Of a stretch of 64,000 bases of DNA, positions 1 through 9,164 are shown piece after piece (position 1 is the stretch's first letter; each line of letters begins with the position of its first letter). Position numbers and translations under genes: made by a program. The stretch is from Candidatus Woesearchaeota archaeon (lineage in GTDB: Archaea > Nanobdellota > Nanobdellia > Pacearchaeales > GW2011-AR1). The stretch covers positions 128,663 to 192,662 of the forward strand of contig CAZJEO010000001.1 in NCBI GenBank assembly GCA_964545065.1, given 5' to 3'. The notes under the pieces are model-generated. The model saw nothing but the letters and a program-made list of their open reading frames with translations, was not told where the DNA came from and made no database searches.

Positions 1-1
1 T

Positions 2-328
2 AATTTAAATTCAAATAAGGGGACTGATAAAAGCGCAGATGTTTGGAATGGTGATGTTGTTGAAGTAGAAATTAAAGCTTCTAATTGGAAATTTGAACCA
101 GAATTAGTTGAAGTTAATTTTGGGGATAAGGTTGAATTACATTTGGAAAGTACTGAAGGGACACATGGGTTTGTTTTATCTCAATTTAAGGTTAGTGAAA
201 CCTTGATTCCTGGAAAAGATGTGCATTTTGAATTTATTGCAGATAAAAAAGGGACTTTTAGTTTTTATTGTAGTGTTCCTTGTGGAAGTGGACATTCAGG
301 AATGAATGGGATTTTTGTTGTTAAATAA
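2..328 (+). CDS. CuA-type cupredoxin domain protein (5' end truncated by the window edge)
   Basis: The frame is open from nt 2. C-terminal FYCSVPCGSGHSGM fits the CuA ligand spacing C-x3-C-x3-H-x2-M. An upstream HGF His and a beta-rich cupredoxin-like sequence are present. Confidence 0.6.
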   Translation, partial: NLNSNKGTDKSADVWNGDVVEVEIKASNWKFEPELVEVNFGDKVELHLESTEGTHGFVLSQFKVSETLIPGKDVHFEFIADKKGTFSFYCSVPCGSGHSGMNGIFVVK

Positions 329-357
329 GATAGTTGATCTTAAAAATAAATTAGAAA

Positions 358-678
358 ATGGTAAAGAAAGAATGTTGCGATATACTAGGAAATGAATTAA
401 ATCTAAATAAAAATTGGTTTAAATCTAAAAAAGCAAATGGCGATGAGTGGGTACCTGCTTTTGTTCAAAAAGTTGATGAGCAAAAATGTATTGGTTGCGG
501 TATGTGTGTTAAGATTTGTTTAGGGGATTGTTATCAATTGAAAAAAGTAAATAGAAAAGTAGTGAGTGTTGTTGTTAATCCTCAAAATTGTTATGGAGAT
601 TGTCATTGTCATAAAATATGTCCTGTAAAAGGTGGAGCAATGATTTGTAAACCAAAATCAATAGAAAAAATAAAATGA
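358..678 (+). CDS. 4Fe-4S ferredoxin-like protein
   Basis: CIGCGMCVKIC (CxxCxxCxxxC) plus a second cluster CYGDCHCHKICP. ATG start at 358. Confidence 0.55.
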   Translation: MVKKECCDILGNELNLNKNWFKSKKANGDEWVPAFVQKVDEQKCIGCGMCVKICLGDCYQLKKVNRKVVSVVVNPQNCYGDCHCHKICPVKGGAMICKPKSIEKIK

Positions 679-1652
679 GAAAATTATATTTACTTATTAT
701 AGCATTTATTCTAATCTTAGTTGCGCCGATGATTTTAGCTCATAGTGGCGAAGCTATAGATCCCAATTTGCCGGAAAATATTCAGAAATCAATAGAATAT
801 AAACATGAACAAGCTGATTTTTATCTTAGAAATTTATCTTTTATCATTGCTTTTTTAGCAGGAATTTTAGGTATTTTGACTCCTTGTAGTCTTGCAATAC
901 TTCCTGCTTTTTTTGCTTATAGTTTTGAAGGAAAGAAACAAATAACTAAAATGACTTCTATATTCTTTCTTGGATTTGCTCCTGTTTTTATTCTTTTTGG
1001 ATTATTGGCAACTCTTTTAGGAAAAACTTTAGCAATGTTTCAACAAGCTAATAAAACTCTTGTAATAGTTGCAGGAATCTTTCTAATAGTTTTCGGATTA
1101 ATGATTTTGTTTGGCAAAGGGTTTTCAGGAATTAAATTTAAGAGAAAAACAAAGAAAACACCTTTTGGAATCTTCTTATTTGGAATCTTTTTTGCAATTG
1201 GATTTACAGCTTGTATGGGACCTATTTTAGTTGGAATATTATTAATTGCAGGCACTTTACAAAATTATGTTTACGCAGGAATTTTAATGATTTTTTATTC
1301 TCTTGGATTATTTGTGCCTTTATTTTTAATTTCAATGACTTTTGATAAATTTAATTTTACGAAAAAAATTAATAATATGAATAAGAAAATAGGATTTCCT
1401 ATAAGTGAGTTAATTGCTGGAATATTGTTATTAGCTCTAGGAATTGCATTTATTGTATTTGGTGGGACTAATTTTTTCAATTTCCTTGGTTTTGGCAATG
1501 TAACTGTATTTATTTATTCTTTACAAGAAAAATTAATTGACCTAAAATTTATAAATTATCTTGGTTTTGTTATATTAGCTATATTTGGATTTTTATTATT
1601 TAAATTTTTGAGAAAAAAGAAAAATAAAGAGATTCAACAAGATGAAAAATAA
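675..1652 (+). CDS. CcdA/DsbD-family thiol-disulfide transporter (cytochrome c biogenesis-type membrane protein)
   Basis: Polytopic membrane protein with Cys in TM1 (LTPCSLAILP) and TM4 (TACMGPIL), typical of the CcdA/DsbD core. Confidence 0.6.
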   Translation: MRKLYLLIIAFILILVAPMILAHSGEAIDPNLPENIQKSIEYKHEQADFYLRNLSFIIAFLAGILGILTPCSLAILPAFFAYSFEGKKQITKMTSIFFLGFAPVFILFGLLATLLGKTLAMFQQANKTLVIVAGIFLIVFGLMILFGKGFSGIKFKRKTKKTPFGIFLFGIFFAIGFTACMGPILVGILLIAGTLQNYVYAGILMIFYSLGLFVPLFLISMTFDKFNFTKKINNMNKKIGFPISELIAGILLLALGIAFIVFGGTNFFNFLGFGNVTVFIYSLQEKLIDLKFINYLGFVILAIFGFLLFKFLRKKKNKEIQQDEK

Positions 1653-2133
1653 AAGTTTGATTATTTTGGGAATTGTCGTCGTTCTTGTGGTTTGGTTAGG
1701 ATATTCTGTACTTAATGATTCGAATATAGGTGCTGTTGGTTCTGATCATAGTCATGCTAATTTTATGGTTTTTATTAACGGGGAGCAAATAAATTTTGCT
1801 TTGCCACAATATATGGTTAAAGTTCAAGAGGTTCATATTGAAAATATGAATGGAGTTACAATACATAAACATGCAATAGGAGTTACTCTTGGATATTTCT
1901 TTAAAACATTGGGATTTAAATTTAATGAAGAATGTTTTGTTACAGATAAAAAAGAAAAGTTTTGTAGTGAAGGAGATAAAAAATTAAATTTTTATGTTAA
2001 TGGAAATAAGAACTTGGTATATGGAGATTATGAAATAGTAGATGGTGATAAATATTTAATTAGTTATGGTAGTTCAAATGAGAACATTCAAGAACAACTT
2101 GATGAATTGAATGAAATAGAAATTGAAGAATAA
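1642..2133 (+). CDS. N-terminally anchored exported hypothetical protein (His-containing)
   Basis: N-terminal TM helix. No recognisable family. Overlaps the upstream gene by 11 nt, so operon-like. Confidence 0.35.
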   Translation: MKNKSLIILGIVVVLVVWLGYSVLNDSNIGAVGSDHSHANFMVFINGEQINFALPQYMVKVQEVHIENMNGVTIHKHAIGVTLGYFFKTLGFKFNEECFVTDKKEKFCSEGDKKLNFYVNGNKNLVYGDYEIVDGDKYLISYGSSNENIQEQLDELNEIEIEE

Positions 2134-2314
2134 AATGTTAAAAGAGATATTATTTATGGATGGGCATGCTGTTACTCTGAACAATCCTGGTTGGGAAAGT
2201 GTTTCTGCAGGACTCGGTTCCATTGAACAATATAGCATAATCCTTATTGTTTTAATTATTATTGGAATTATTCTTTTAATAAAGTGGATGAAGGGTAGGC
2301 GGATTGTTAATTAG
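2123..2314 (+). CDS. small membrane protein
   Basis: 63 aa with one hydrophobic helix. Tightly packed in the operon. Confidence 0.2.
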   Translation: MKNKMLKEILFMDGHAVTLNNPGWESVSAGLGSIEQYSIILIVLIIIGIILLIKWMKGRRIVN

Positions 2315-2824
2315 ATGGAAATTAGAAAAGTATTTAGTATATTGAAAGAAATTTATAAGAATAAAAAATATTTTTACTTGACTTTTATTTCTGCTATTGT
2401 TTTATTTATTGTATTGTATAAATTAACTCTTGCGACAATTGCAGACAATAGTTTGAAGATTTTTATTATGATGTCTGGATATAATTATACTTATTTTACT
2501 TTGCTTAGTTTTGTTGTAATTTCTGTTTTATTTGGAATTTATTTGAGTGTTTTTATTTATCGGTTTAAATTGATTAAACTTATGCGAAAGAAGAAAGGAA
2601 CTTCTATTGGTTTTATTGGATATCTTGGTTTGATTGCAGGAGTTTTTGGTGCTGGGTGTCCAACATGTGGTTCTGTAATCTTTGCTCTTGTCGGAGCACC
2701 TTTGGCTTTGATGTATTTTCCATTTAGAGGATTGGAATTAAGATTGTTGTCAATAATTATTTTAGGGATTTCTATTTATATTTTAACTAGGAGTTTATAT
2801 AAGTGTGGAGCTTGCAAAAAATGA
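2315..2824 (+). CDS. membrane protein with CPTCG and C-terminal CGACKK cysteine motifs
   Basis: 4-5 predicted TM helices. CxxC motifs at a membrane boundary suggest thiol/metal handling. Confidence 0.35.
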   Translation: MEIRKVFSILKEIYKNKKYFYLTFISAIVLFIVLYKLTLATIADNSLKIFIMMSGYNYTYFTLLSFVVISVLFGIYLSVFIYRFKLIKLMRKKKGTSIGFIGYLGLIAGVFGAGCPTCGSVIFALVGAPLALMYFPFRGLELRLLSIIILGISIYILTRSLYKCGACKK

Positions 2825-2853
2825 AACACACCCACCAAATAGGTCTAAAAAAA

Positions 2854-2882
2854 GGGCGTACCCAAAGAGGGCACGAGAACCT
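2854..2882. repeat. 29-nt repeat GGGCGTACCCAAAGAGGGCACGAGAACCT (second copy at 33371-33399 inside nusA)
   Basis: 27/29 identity between the two copies. GC-rich in an AT-rich genome. Confidence 0.6.
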
Positions 2883-2965
2883 GCAAGCAGGTACCCCGAA
2901 AGATTTTGAAAAAAAATCTTTACAAGGGGCAACATTTAAATATCATATATGTATTCGATTATCAT
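2883..2965 (+). promoter_or_regulatory. arsR promoter region: A-rich inverted repeat, TTTAAATA box and palindromic CATATATG/ATCATAT elements
   Basis: AAAGATTTT-gaaaa-AAAATCTTT inverted repeat. TTTAAATA sits about 30 nt upstream of the ATG at 2966. ATCATAT direct repeats overlap the start. Confidence 0.35.
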
Positions 2966-3316
2966 ATGATTAATGAGTACATATCTGAAAAAGAATTGCA
3001 TAAAGCATACAAAATCTTTTTTGGAACCTTGGTTTCTGAATCTAGGTTAAAGATAATTAATTTGCTTAGAAAAGGAAAGAAAAATGTTTCTCAGATTATT
3101 AAAGAATTAAAGATGAATCAGAGTGCTGTTTCTCATGATTTAGCTAGGTTGAAAGATTGTGGATTTGTTTTAGTAGAAGCAAAGGGAAAATTTAGATATT
3201 ATAAATTAAATGAGAAAACAATTCAACCATTAATGGGAATTATTGATAAGCATATGAAGGGAAATTGTATTCATATTTTAAGAAAAGAAAAAGGGAGGGG
3301 TAAGGATGAAAATTAA
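2966..3316 (+). CDS. ArsR/SmtB-family metal-responsive transcriptional regulator
   Basis: Winged HTH LKIINLLRKGKKNVSQIIKELKMNQSAVSHDLARLKDCGFV. The ORF track starts at a TTG. The ATG at 2966 gives 116 aa. Confidence 0.7.
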   Translation: MINEYISEKELHKAYKIFFGTLVSESRLKIINLLRKGKKNVSQIIKELKMNQSAVSHDLARLKDCGFVLVEAKGKFRYYKLNEKTIQPLMGIIDKHMKGNCIHILRKEKGRGKDEN

Positions 3317-3755
3317 AACAAAAGCTTGGATGCGTGGAATATTAGCTATTTTAATTGTTGTTGCTATTAATTTAATTGTGTTAAGTTTATTGGATTTTCC
3401 ACTTATGGCTAGGGAGATAATTGGAAAATATTGGATATTAATTGTATTACTTATTGGGGGTTTTGGGCTTCAGATTGGATTGTTTACTTATTTTAAGGCT
3501 TTGAATGCTATAAGTTGCACAACCACTGTTGCTTCGGGAGGAATTTCTGCAATAAGTATGATATTATGTTGTAGTCATTATTTGTTGAACATATTGCCAT
3601 TCTTGGGAGCAGTCGTTGGAATCTCTGGATTAGCAGCGTTATCAAGATATACTGTTTATTTTTTGATGGGCGGAGTAATTTCAAATGTTATTGGAATTGG
3701 GATAATGTATTATCAAACTAAAAAATTTACTAAAAAGATAAAACATGGGACATAA
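3306..3755 (+). CDS. membrane protein (4 TM), hypothetical
   Basis: Hydrophobic throughout. Overlaps arsR by 11 nt. Confidence 0.4.
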   Translation: MKIKTKAWMRGILAILIVVAINLIVLSLLDFPLMAREIIGKYWILIVLLIGGFGLQIGLFTYFKALNAISCTTTVASGGISAISMILCCSHYLLNILPFLGAVVGISGLAALSRYTVYFLMGGVISNVIGIGIMYYQTKKFTKKIKHGT

Positions 3756-4101
3756 AGTTTTAGCGTATGTGGGGTTAGGAGTTGTACTATTATTCTTGAT
3801 TGGGACATTTGCAATGGGGGGTAGAGGTATGAGTGGAAAAAGTGTTAGTAACACGGATGATATGGCTGGACATCATGGTGGAGGACAAGTTGTTGGGAAT
3901 ATGGACGGCCATCATGGAGGCGGCGAACAATTTATCATAAGCAGTGAAGAGCTGGCTAAATACCGCTCTGAAGACATCCCAGCAGATTGCAGACTTCCAG
4001 ATTATGAAAATGATTTGGATTCTTGGAAAGAACATTTAGGTCATCATGAGAACACTTTATATTGTTTGGATTATTATGAACTAGAAGGGGGTGGGAAATG
4101 A
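3745..4101 (+). CDS. His-rich putative metal-binding protein
   Basis: N-terminal TM helix followed by HHGGGQ and HHGGGE repeats and acidic stretches. Confidence 0.5.
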   Translation: MGHKVLAYVGLGVVLLFLIGTFAMGGRGMSGKSVSNTDDMAGHHGGGQVVGNMDGHHGGGEQFIISSEELAKYRSEDIPADCRLPDYENDLDSWKEHLGHHENTLYCLDYYELEGGGK

Positions 4102-4316
4102 AAAAAGAAATTTTAATATCTTTGATGTTAATTGCCTTGCTTGGATTTGTCTCTGCACATACTGGAGAAGAATTAGGACATCATAGTATGATGGATGGGA
4201 TGATGGGAAGTTATGGAACTGGCTGGTGGATATTTGGTTGGTTGTTTATGGTAGCTGTTTTTGTTGCAATTATACTATTGATTGTTTGGTTAATTAAACA
4301 GATACAAAAGAAATGA
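4098..4316 (+). CDS. small Met/His-rich membrane protein (putative Cu-binding)
   Basis: HHSMMDGMMGSYG motif between a signal peptide and a C-terminal TM helix. Met-rich motifs are typical of Cu(I) binders. Confidence 0.45.
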   Translation: MKKEILISLMLIALLGFVSAHTGEELGHHSMMDGMMGSYGTGWWIFGWLFMVAVFVAIILLIVWLIKQIQKK

Positions 4317-4322
4317 AACAAA

Positions 4323-4514
4323 ATGAGTTTATTTAATAAGAAATGTGAATATTGTAAAAGAAAGATAGAAAAAGGAAAAGAGACTCTAAGGAATGTGAAA
4401 GACCCTGCATTTGTAGGAACAAAAGAAAAAGCCTTTTGTTGTTCAGAGCATGCGGATGATTATGAAAAAGAGGTACTTAATGCAAAGAAAAGTGGTGGAG
4501 GATGTTGTGGTTAG
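4323..4514 (+). CDS. TRASH/YHS-domain metal-binding protein
   Basis: CEYC...FCCSEHADDYEK matches the YHS/TRASH pattern. C-terminal GGGCCG. Confidence 0.5.
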   Translation: MSLFNKKCEYCKRKIEKGKETLRNVKDPAFVGTKEKAFCCSEHADDYEKEVLNAKKSGGGCCG

Positions 4515-4676
4515 ATGGTAAAAGAAATAGAAAAACACGGCGAGAAATTTTATCAGTGTGGAGAATGTAAATTTATTTACAAAGATAAAAGTTGGGCTGA
4601 AAAATGTGAAGAGTGGTGTAAAAAGACTAAGAGTTGTAATCTTGATATAACTAAACATGCTATAAATAAAAAATAG
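4515..4676 (+). CDS. small Cys-rich zinc-ribbon-like protein (53 aa, below the ORF-track cutoff)
   Basis: ATG at 4515 immediately after the upstream stop. CGEC...C..WC...C pattern. Confidence 0.35.
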   Translation: MVKEIEKHGEKFYQCGECKFIYKDKSWAEKCEEWCKKTKSCNLDITKHAINKK

Positions 4677-4686
4677 TAAAACTAAA

Positions 4687-5049
4687 ATGTTAGACATGAA
4701 ATTAAGAAAAAGGAAATTAAAAATTGAAGGTATGACCTGTTCTGGATGTGAACAAAAAATTGAAGAAGCATTGCAAGAATTAAAGGGGGTTAAAAGTGTA
4801 AATGCGAATCATGAAACAGGAAAACTTATTTTGGAGTACGACATTGTGGAAACTGCATTAAAAGAGATAGAACCTCACATTGAAGATTTAGGTTATCATT
4901 TTTCATCTGGATTTTTTGGTAAAATGAAACGAGCATCTATTTATGACGCAGATAAAACAGCAAGAGAAAATTATTCAGCGAACATGACTCAAGGTAGCAG
5001 ACTTAATTGCTGTGATTTAAATCAAGATAAAACTTTGAAAAGGAGGTGA
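4687..5049 (+). CDS. HMA-domain copper chaperone (CopZ-like with C-terminal extension)
   Basis: GMTCSGCEQKIEEAL heavy-metal-associated motif. Confidence 0.7.
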   Translation: MLDMKLRKRKLKIEGMTCSGCEQKIEEALQELKGVKSVNANHETGKLILEYDIVETALKEIEPHIEDLGYHFSSGFFGKMKRASIYDADKTARENYSANMTQGSRLNCCDLNQDKTLKRR

Positions 5050-5055
5050 AACTAA

Positions 5056-5250
5056 ATGAAAAAATTGTTTAAAGTTCTTGCATGGATTTCAATAGCTTGC
5101 GGATTACTTGCTTATTTAGTAGGTTGGATTGCTTTATTTACAAAATCGGTTTTTTGGGGAGTTCCAAACGAATTTTGGTTTTATGATGCAATTGCTACAG
5201 GAATGTTTGGTGTATTTTTCCTAATATATTCTGTGCATATGAAGAAATAA
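5056..5250 (+). CDS. small membrane protein
   Basis: Two hydrophobic helices. Within the operon. Confidence 0.3.
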   Translation: MKKLFKVLAWISIACGLLAYLVGWIALFTKSVFWGVPNEFWFYDAIATGMFGVFFLIYSVHMKK

Positions 5251-5253
5251 AAG

Positions 5254-7743
5254 ATGAAAAAAATATATAAAATAGAAGGAATTACTTGTGCTAGTTGTGC
5301 TGGGCATATAGAAAGGGCCGTGAAGAAAATTAAAGGTGTAACAAATGCAAGTGTGAATTTTGCTAACAAAAAAGCATATATTGAAGGAGATTTTAATGAT
5401 AATGAGATAAAAGAATCTGTTTCTAAAATTGGTAATTATAAAGCAATATCAGAAGATGAAAAAGATAGTGAGGTTAAAAAAGAAGGAAAAGATTCTGGAA
5501 AAGAACAAACAACGACTTTTACTGTTAAAGGTTTAGATAATCCTCATTGTAGTATGACTGTTGAAAAAGCTGTTAAAAAATTGAAAGGTATTGGTAAGGT
5601 TGATATTAATATTAATACTCACAAGGCTAAAATTACTCATTCAATTCCTAAAGAGGAAATAATCAAAGCAATAAATGATGCAGGTTATGAAGTTTTGAAA
5701 GAAAGTGAAGATGAAAAAGATTCGGAAATTAAAGAGATGAACAAGGCTAAAAAAAGAATGTGGTATGCTTGGATATTTGCTTTGCCTGTTGGTATATTAA
5801 TGATTTTGGAAATGTTCACTAAATTGGAAGTTCCTTATATTGATTATATTTTTGTTTTAGCTGCTATCCCTGTTTTGTTTATTTTTGGTTGGAAGACTTA
5901 TGTTTCTGGGTTGAAGTCTGCAAGGTATCTTGCATTTAATATGGACTTCTTAATTATGCTTGGAACATTTGCAGCATTTATTACTGGGATAATCGGGTTT
6001 TTTCTTCCTATAGAAAATTATGCTGCAATAGCCGCAATGATTATGGCTTTTCATTTGACAGGGAGATATGTTGAAGCTAAGGCAAGAGGGAAAGCATCTG
6101 AAGCTATAAAAAAATTACTTGAGTTGGGTGTAAAAACTGCGGTGGTTATTAGAAATAATTCCCCAAGGGATGACTCCTCAAAGGATGACTCTGGTGAGCC
6201 GTCTGGTGAGCCTAAGGAAATTGAAATTCCTATTTCTGAAGTTAAGATTGGAGATGTGATGATTGTTAAACCAGGAGAAAAGATTCCTACAGATGGTATT
6301 GTTATTAAGGGTGAATCTGCGGTTGATGAATCAATGGTGAGTGGAGAGAGTATGCCTGTTGAAAAAATGAAGAATTCAAAAGTTATTGGAGCTACAGTTA
6401 ATCAAGATGGTGTTTTATATGTTAAGGCGGAGAAGATTGGTAAGGATACTTTTTTGTCTCAGGTTGTTAAGTTAGTTGAAGAGGCTCAAGGAAGTAAGAT
6501 TCCAATACAGGAATTTGCAGATAAGATTACTCGGTACTTTGTTCCTGTTGTTATTGTGGTAGCTGTTTTAACGATTTTCATCTGGCTTGTTTTTCCAGAA
6601 GTAATGCAAAGTATAGCTGGTTTTTTTGACTTTCTCCCTTGGATTAATTTTAATGTTGGGCATGTTGCTCTTGCATTATTTGCTGCAATAGCTGTTTTAG
6701 TTATTGCTTGTCCTTGTGCCTTGGGTCTTGCTACACCAACTGCATTAATGGTTGGTTCTGGTTTAGGAGCTGGGAAAGGTATCTTCATTAGAAGGGGGGA
6801 AGCTATTCAAACAATGAAGGAAATTAAGACTATTATGTTTGATAAAACTGGAACAATAACGAAAGGGAAACCAGAAGTTACAGATATTATTGGAGATGAA
6901 AAGCAGATCTTAAAGATAGCAGGTTCTGTTGAGAGTGTTTCAGAGCACCCTCTTTCTAAGGCAATTGTAAAAAGAGCTAAGGAAAAGAGAATTAAATTGT
7001 TAGAAGTTAAGAACTTTAAAGCTAAGAGAGGTAGAGGAATTGAAGCTAGTTTAGGAAGAAATAAAATTCTTATTGGAAATAGAAAATTAATGACTGAGAA
7101 TAAAATTAGTTTTGAAGGTTATGAAGATAGAATTATAGAACTTGAAAATGATGGTAAGACTGTTATGATTTTATCTGATAATGGCAAAGTTTTAGGGCTC
7201 ATAGCTGTTGCAGATACTTTGAAACAAGATGCTAAAAAAACTATTTCTGAATTAAAAGAAATGGGTCTTAAGACTGTTATAATTACAGGAGATAATGAAA
7301 GAACTGCTAAGGCCATTGCAAAGCAAGTTGGTATTGATTCTGTTTTAGCAGATGTGTTACCTGATGAAAAAATGAAGAAAGTTATGGAGCTTCAGAAGAC
7401 AGGAATGGTGGCTTTTGTTGGCGATGGTATTAATGATGCTCCTGCTTTGAAGCAGGCAAATGTTGGAATTGCGATTGGAACTGGAACAGATATTGCAATT
7501 GAATCGGGAGATATAATTCTTGCTAAGGGTGATTTGCAGGGAGTTGTTTCTGCAATTAAGTTAAGCAAGGAAACATTCAAGAAAATAAAACAAAACTTGT
7601 TCTGGGCTTTTGGTTATAATATTGTAGCTATCCCTCTTGCGATAATTGGAGTTTTGCATCCTGTGATTGCTGAGATAGCAATGGCGACTTCTTCATTGAC
7701 TGTTGTGGGGAATGCTAATCTTTTGAGAAGGAAGAAGATTTAG
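5254..7743 (+). CDS. copA: copper-translocating P1B-type ATPase with two N-terminal HMA domains
   Basis: [13 protein letters not shown] motif, [19 protein letters not shown] and GDGINDAP motifs. 829 aa. Confidence 0.9.
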   Translation: MKKIYKIEGITCASCAGHIERAVKKIKGVTNASVNFANKKAYIEGDFNDNEIKESVSKIGNYKAISEDEKDSEVKKEGKDSGKEQTTTFTVKGLDNPHCSMTVEKAVKKLKGIGKVDININTHKAKITHSIPKEEIIKAINDAGYEVLKESEDEKDSEIKEMNKAKKRMWYAWIFALPVGILMILEMFTKLEVPYIDYIFVLAAIPVLFIFGWKTYVSGLKSARYLAFNMDFLIMLGTFAAFITGIIGFFLPIENYAAIAAMIMAFHLTGRYVEAKARGKASEAIKKLLELGVKTAVVIRNNSPRDDSSKDDSGEPSGEPKEIEIPISEVKIGDVMIVKPGEKIPTDGIVIKGESAVDESMVSGESMPVEKMKNSKVIGATVNQDGVLYVKAEKIGKDTFLSQVVKLVEEAQGSKIPIQEFADKITRYFVPVVIVVAVLTIFIWLVFPEVMQSIAGFFDFLPWINFNVGHVALALFAAIAVLVIACPCALGLATPTALMVGSGLGAGKGIFIRRGEAIQTMKEIKTIMFDKTGTITKGKPEVTDIIGDEKQILKIAGSVESVSEHPLSKAIVKRAKEKRIKLLEVKNFKAKRGRGIEASLGRNKILIGNRKLMTENKISFEGYEDRIIELENDGKTVMILSDNGKVLGLIAVADTLKQDAKKTISELKEMGLKTVIITGDNERTAKAIAKQVGIDSVLADVLPDEKMKKVMELQKTGMVAFVGDGINDAPALKQANVGIAIGTGTDIAIESGDIILAKGDLQGVVSAIKLSKETFKKIKQNLFWAFGYNIVAIPLAIIGVLHPVIAEIAMATSSLTVVGNANLLRRKKI

Positions 7744-7923
7744 GAAGAGAAGGGAATTTTAATTTGTTGGGAAGGGAGAGGATATAGGAAGAGAGGGAGA
7801 GGGGAATTTATGGATACCAAAATCTTTAATAAATCCTTAAAATAGCAGTTTTAAATTGATTTTATGCGGTTTATCTACAAAAGATAACGATAAATTTATA
7901 AATGCCCTTATCATGAATAATTT

Positions 7924-9162
7924 ATGATAATTGAAACATCTGTGGAAAATTATTTATCGATTAAAGAAAAAGTTACACTTAGCCTTGACTCTGGTTCTAG
8001 CAAAAAACTTTCAAATAATTTAGTAGAAATGCCTAAAAACGAAAGATTGCTCAAGTCTGCAGTAATTTACGGAGCAAATGCATCAGGAAAATCTAACATA
8101 ATAAAATCGGTCTTTTTTATTTGGAACATGGTTAAAAACTCTCACTTATTTAATGTTGATGTAAAAATTCCCCGAGTTCCCTTTAAATTAGAAGAAAGCT
8201 ATCTAAAAAAACCAAGTAAATTTGAGATAATATTTATTCATAATAAAATAAAATACAAATATGGTTTTTCATGTGATAATGATAAATTCATTGAAGAATA
8301 TTTATATTACTGGCCTCAAGGAAGAGAGTCTAAAATTTTTAGTAGAAAAAACTCAAAAGAATTTGATTTCACAATTGATAGAAAACAACAACAATTAATT
8401 AAATCGCAAACAAATGAAAATGTGCTATATCTTTCGAGAGCAACTCAATTAGGATATCAAGGAACCAAAGAAGCTTATGATTTTATAATAAATAATCTTG
8501 TTATAAATTATAGTCCCATGTGGGAAGAGATTACAATTAAAAAAATATATGAAGATAATAAATTAAAAAATAAGATTATTGAAATACTTCAAAAAGCAGA
8601 TTTTGGTGGCATAACAGACATTAAAGTTATCAAAGATAAAAGAAAAGTTGGAGGAATTGAGTTTAAATTTGAAAAAGAAAAGATACTATCCAATCCATTA
8701 AAACCAGAAGAACAAGAATTCTATGATTTCAAATTTGTTCATAAGACTAAAAGTGGAAAATTAATTGATTTTGCATTCAATGAAGAATCTAATGGTACGA
8801 GAAGGACACTCTCCATGCTTGGGCCAATATTTGAAATATTAGAACTAGGAAAAGTCGCATTCATTGATGAATTTGAATTAAATTTGCATTCCAACATTAC
8901 AAAGTTTTTAATAAAACTTTTTAATAGTAAATTAAATAAAAAAAATGCTCAATTAATTTTTACAACTCACGACACAACTTTGTTAGATAATGAAATATTT
9001 AGAAGAGATCAAATATATATTTGTTCAAAAGATAAAAATAACTCAAGTAAATTAAATTCTTATATCGATTACAATCTTAGAGAAGATTCTGACTTTGAAA
9101 GAGCTTATTTAAATGGAAGAGTGGGAGGACTTCCTTTTATAGATGAAACTTTATTCAATTAA
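7924..9162 (+). CDS. AAA_21-type ATPase (AbiLi/RloA-like) of a two-gene module
   Basis: Walker A VIYGANASGKSNIIKS. ABC-like Walker B/D-loop LIFTTHDTTLLD. About 400 aa, the typical partner of RloB proteins. Confidence 0.7.
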   Translation: MIIETSVENYLSIKEKVTLSLDSGSSKKLSNNLVEMPKNERLLKSAVIYGANASGKSNIIKSVFFIWNMVKNSHLFNVDVKIPRVPFKLEESYLKKPSKFEIIFIHNKIKYKYGFSCDNDKFIEEYLYYWPQGRESKIFSRKNSKEFDFTIDRKQQQLIKSQTNENVLYLSRATQLGYQGTKEAYDFIINNLVINYSPMWEEITIKKIYEDNKLKNKIIEILQKADFGGITDIKVIKDKRKVGGIEFKFEKEKILSNPLKPEEQEFYDFKFVHKTKSGKLIDFAFNEESNGTRRTLSMLGPIFEILELGKVAFIDEFELNLHSNITKFLIKLFNSKLNKKNAQLIFTTHDTTLLDNEIFRRDQIYICSKDKNNSSKLNSYIDYNLREDSDFERAYLNGRVGGLPFIDETLFN

Positions 9163-9164
9163 AA

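Noticed and set aside
2854-2895. Possible tRNA or structured RNA in the GC-rich stretch upstream of arsR
   Set aside because: No cloverleaf can be drawn. Only an imperfect 8-bp stem (GGGCGTACC/GGTACCCC) forms, and it is not conserved in the second repeat copy.
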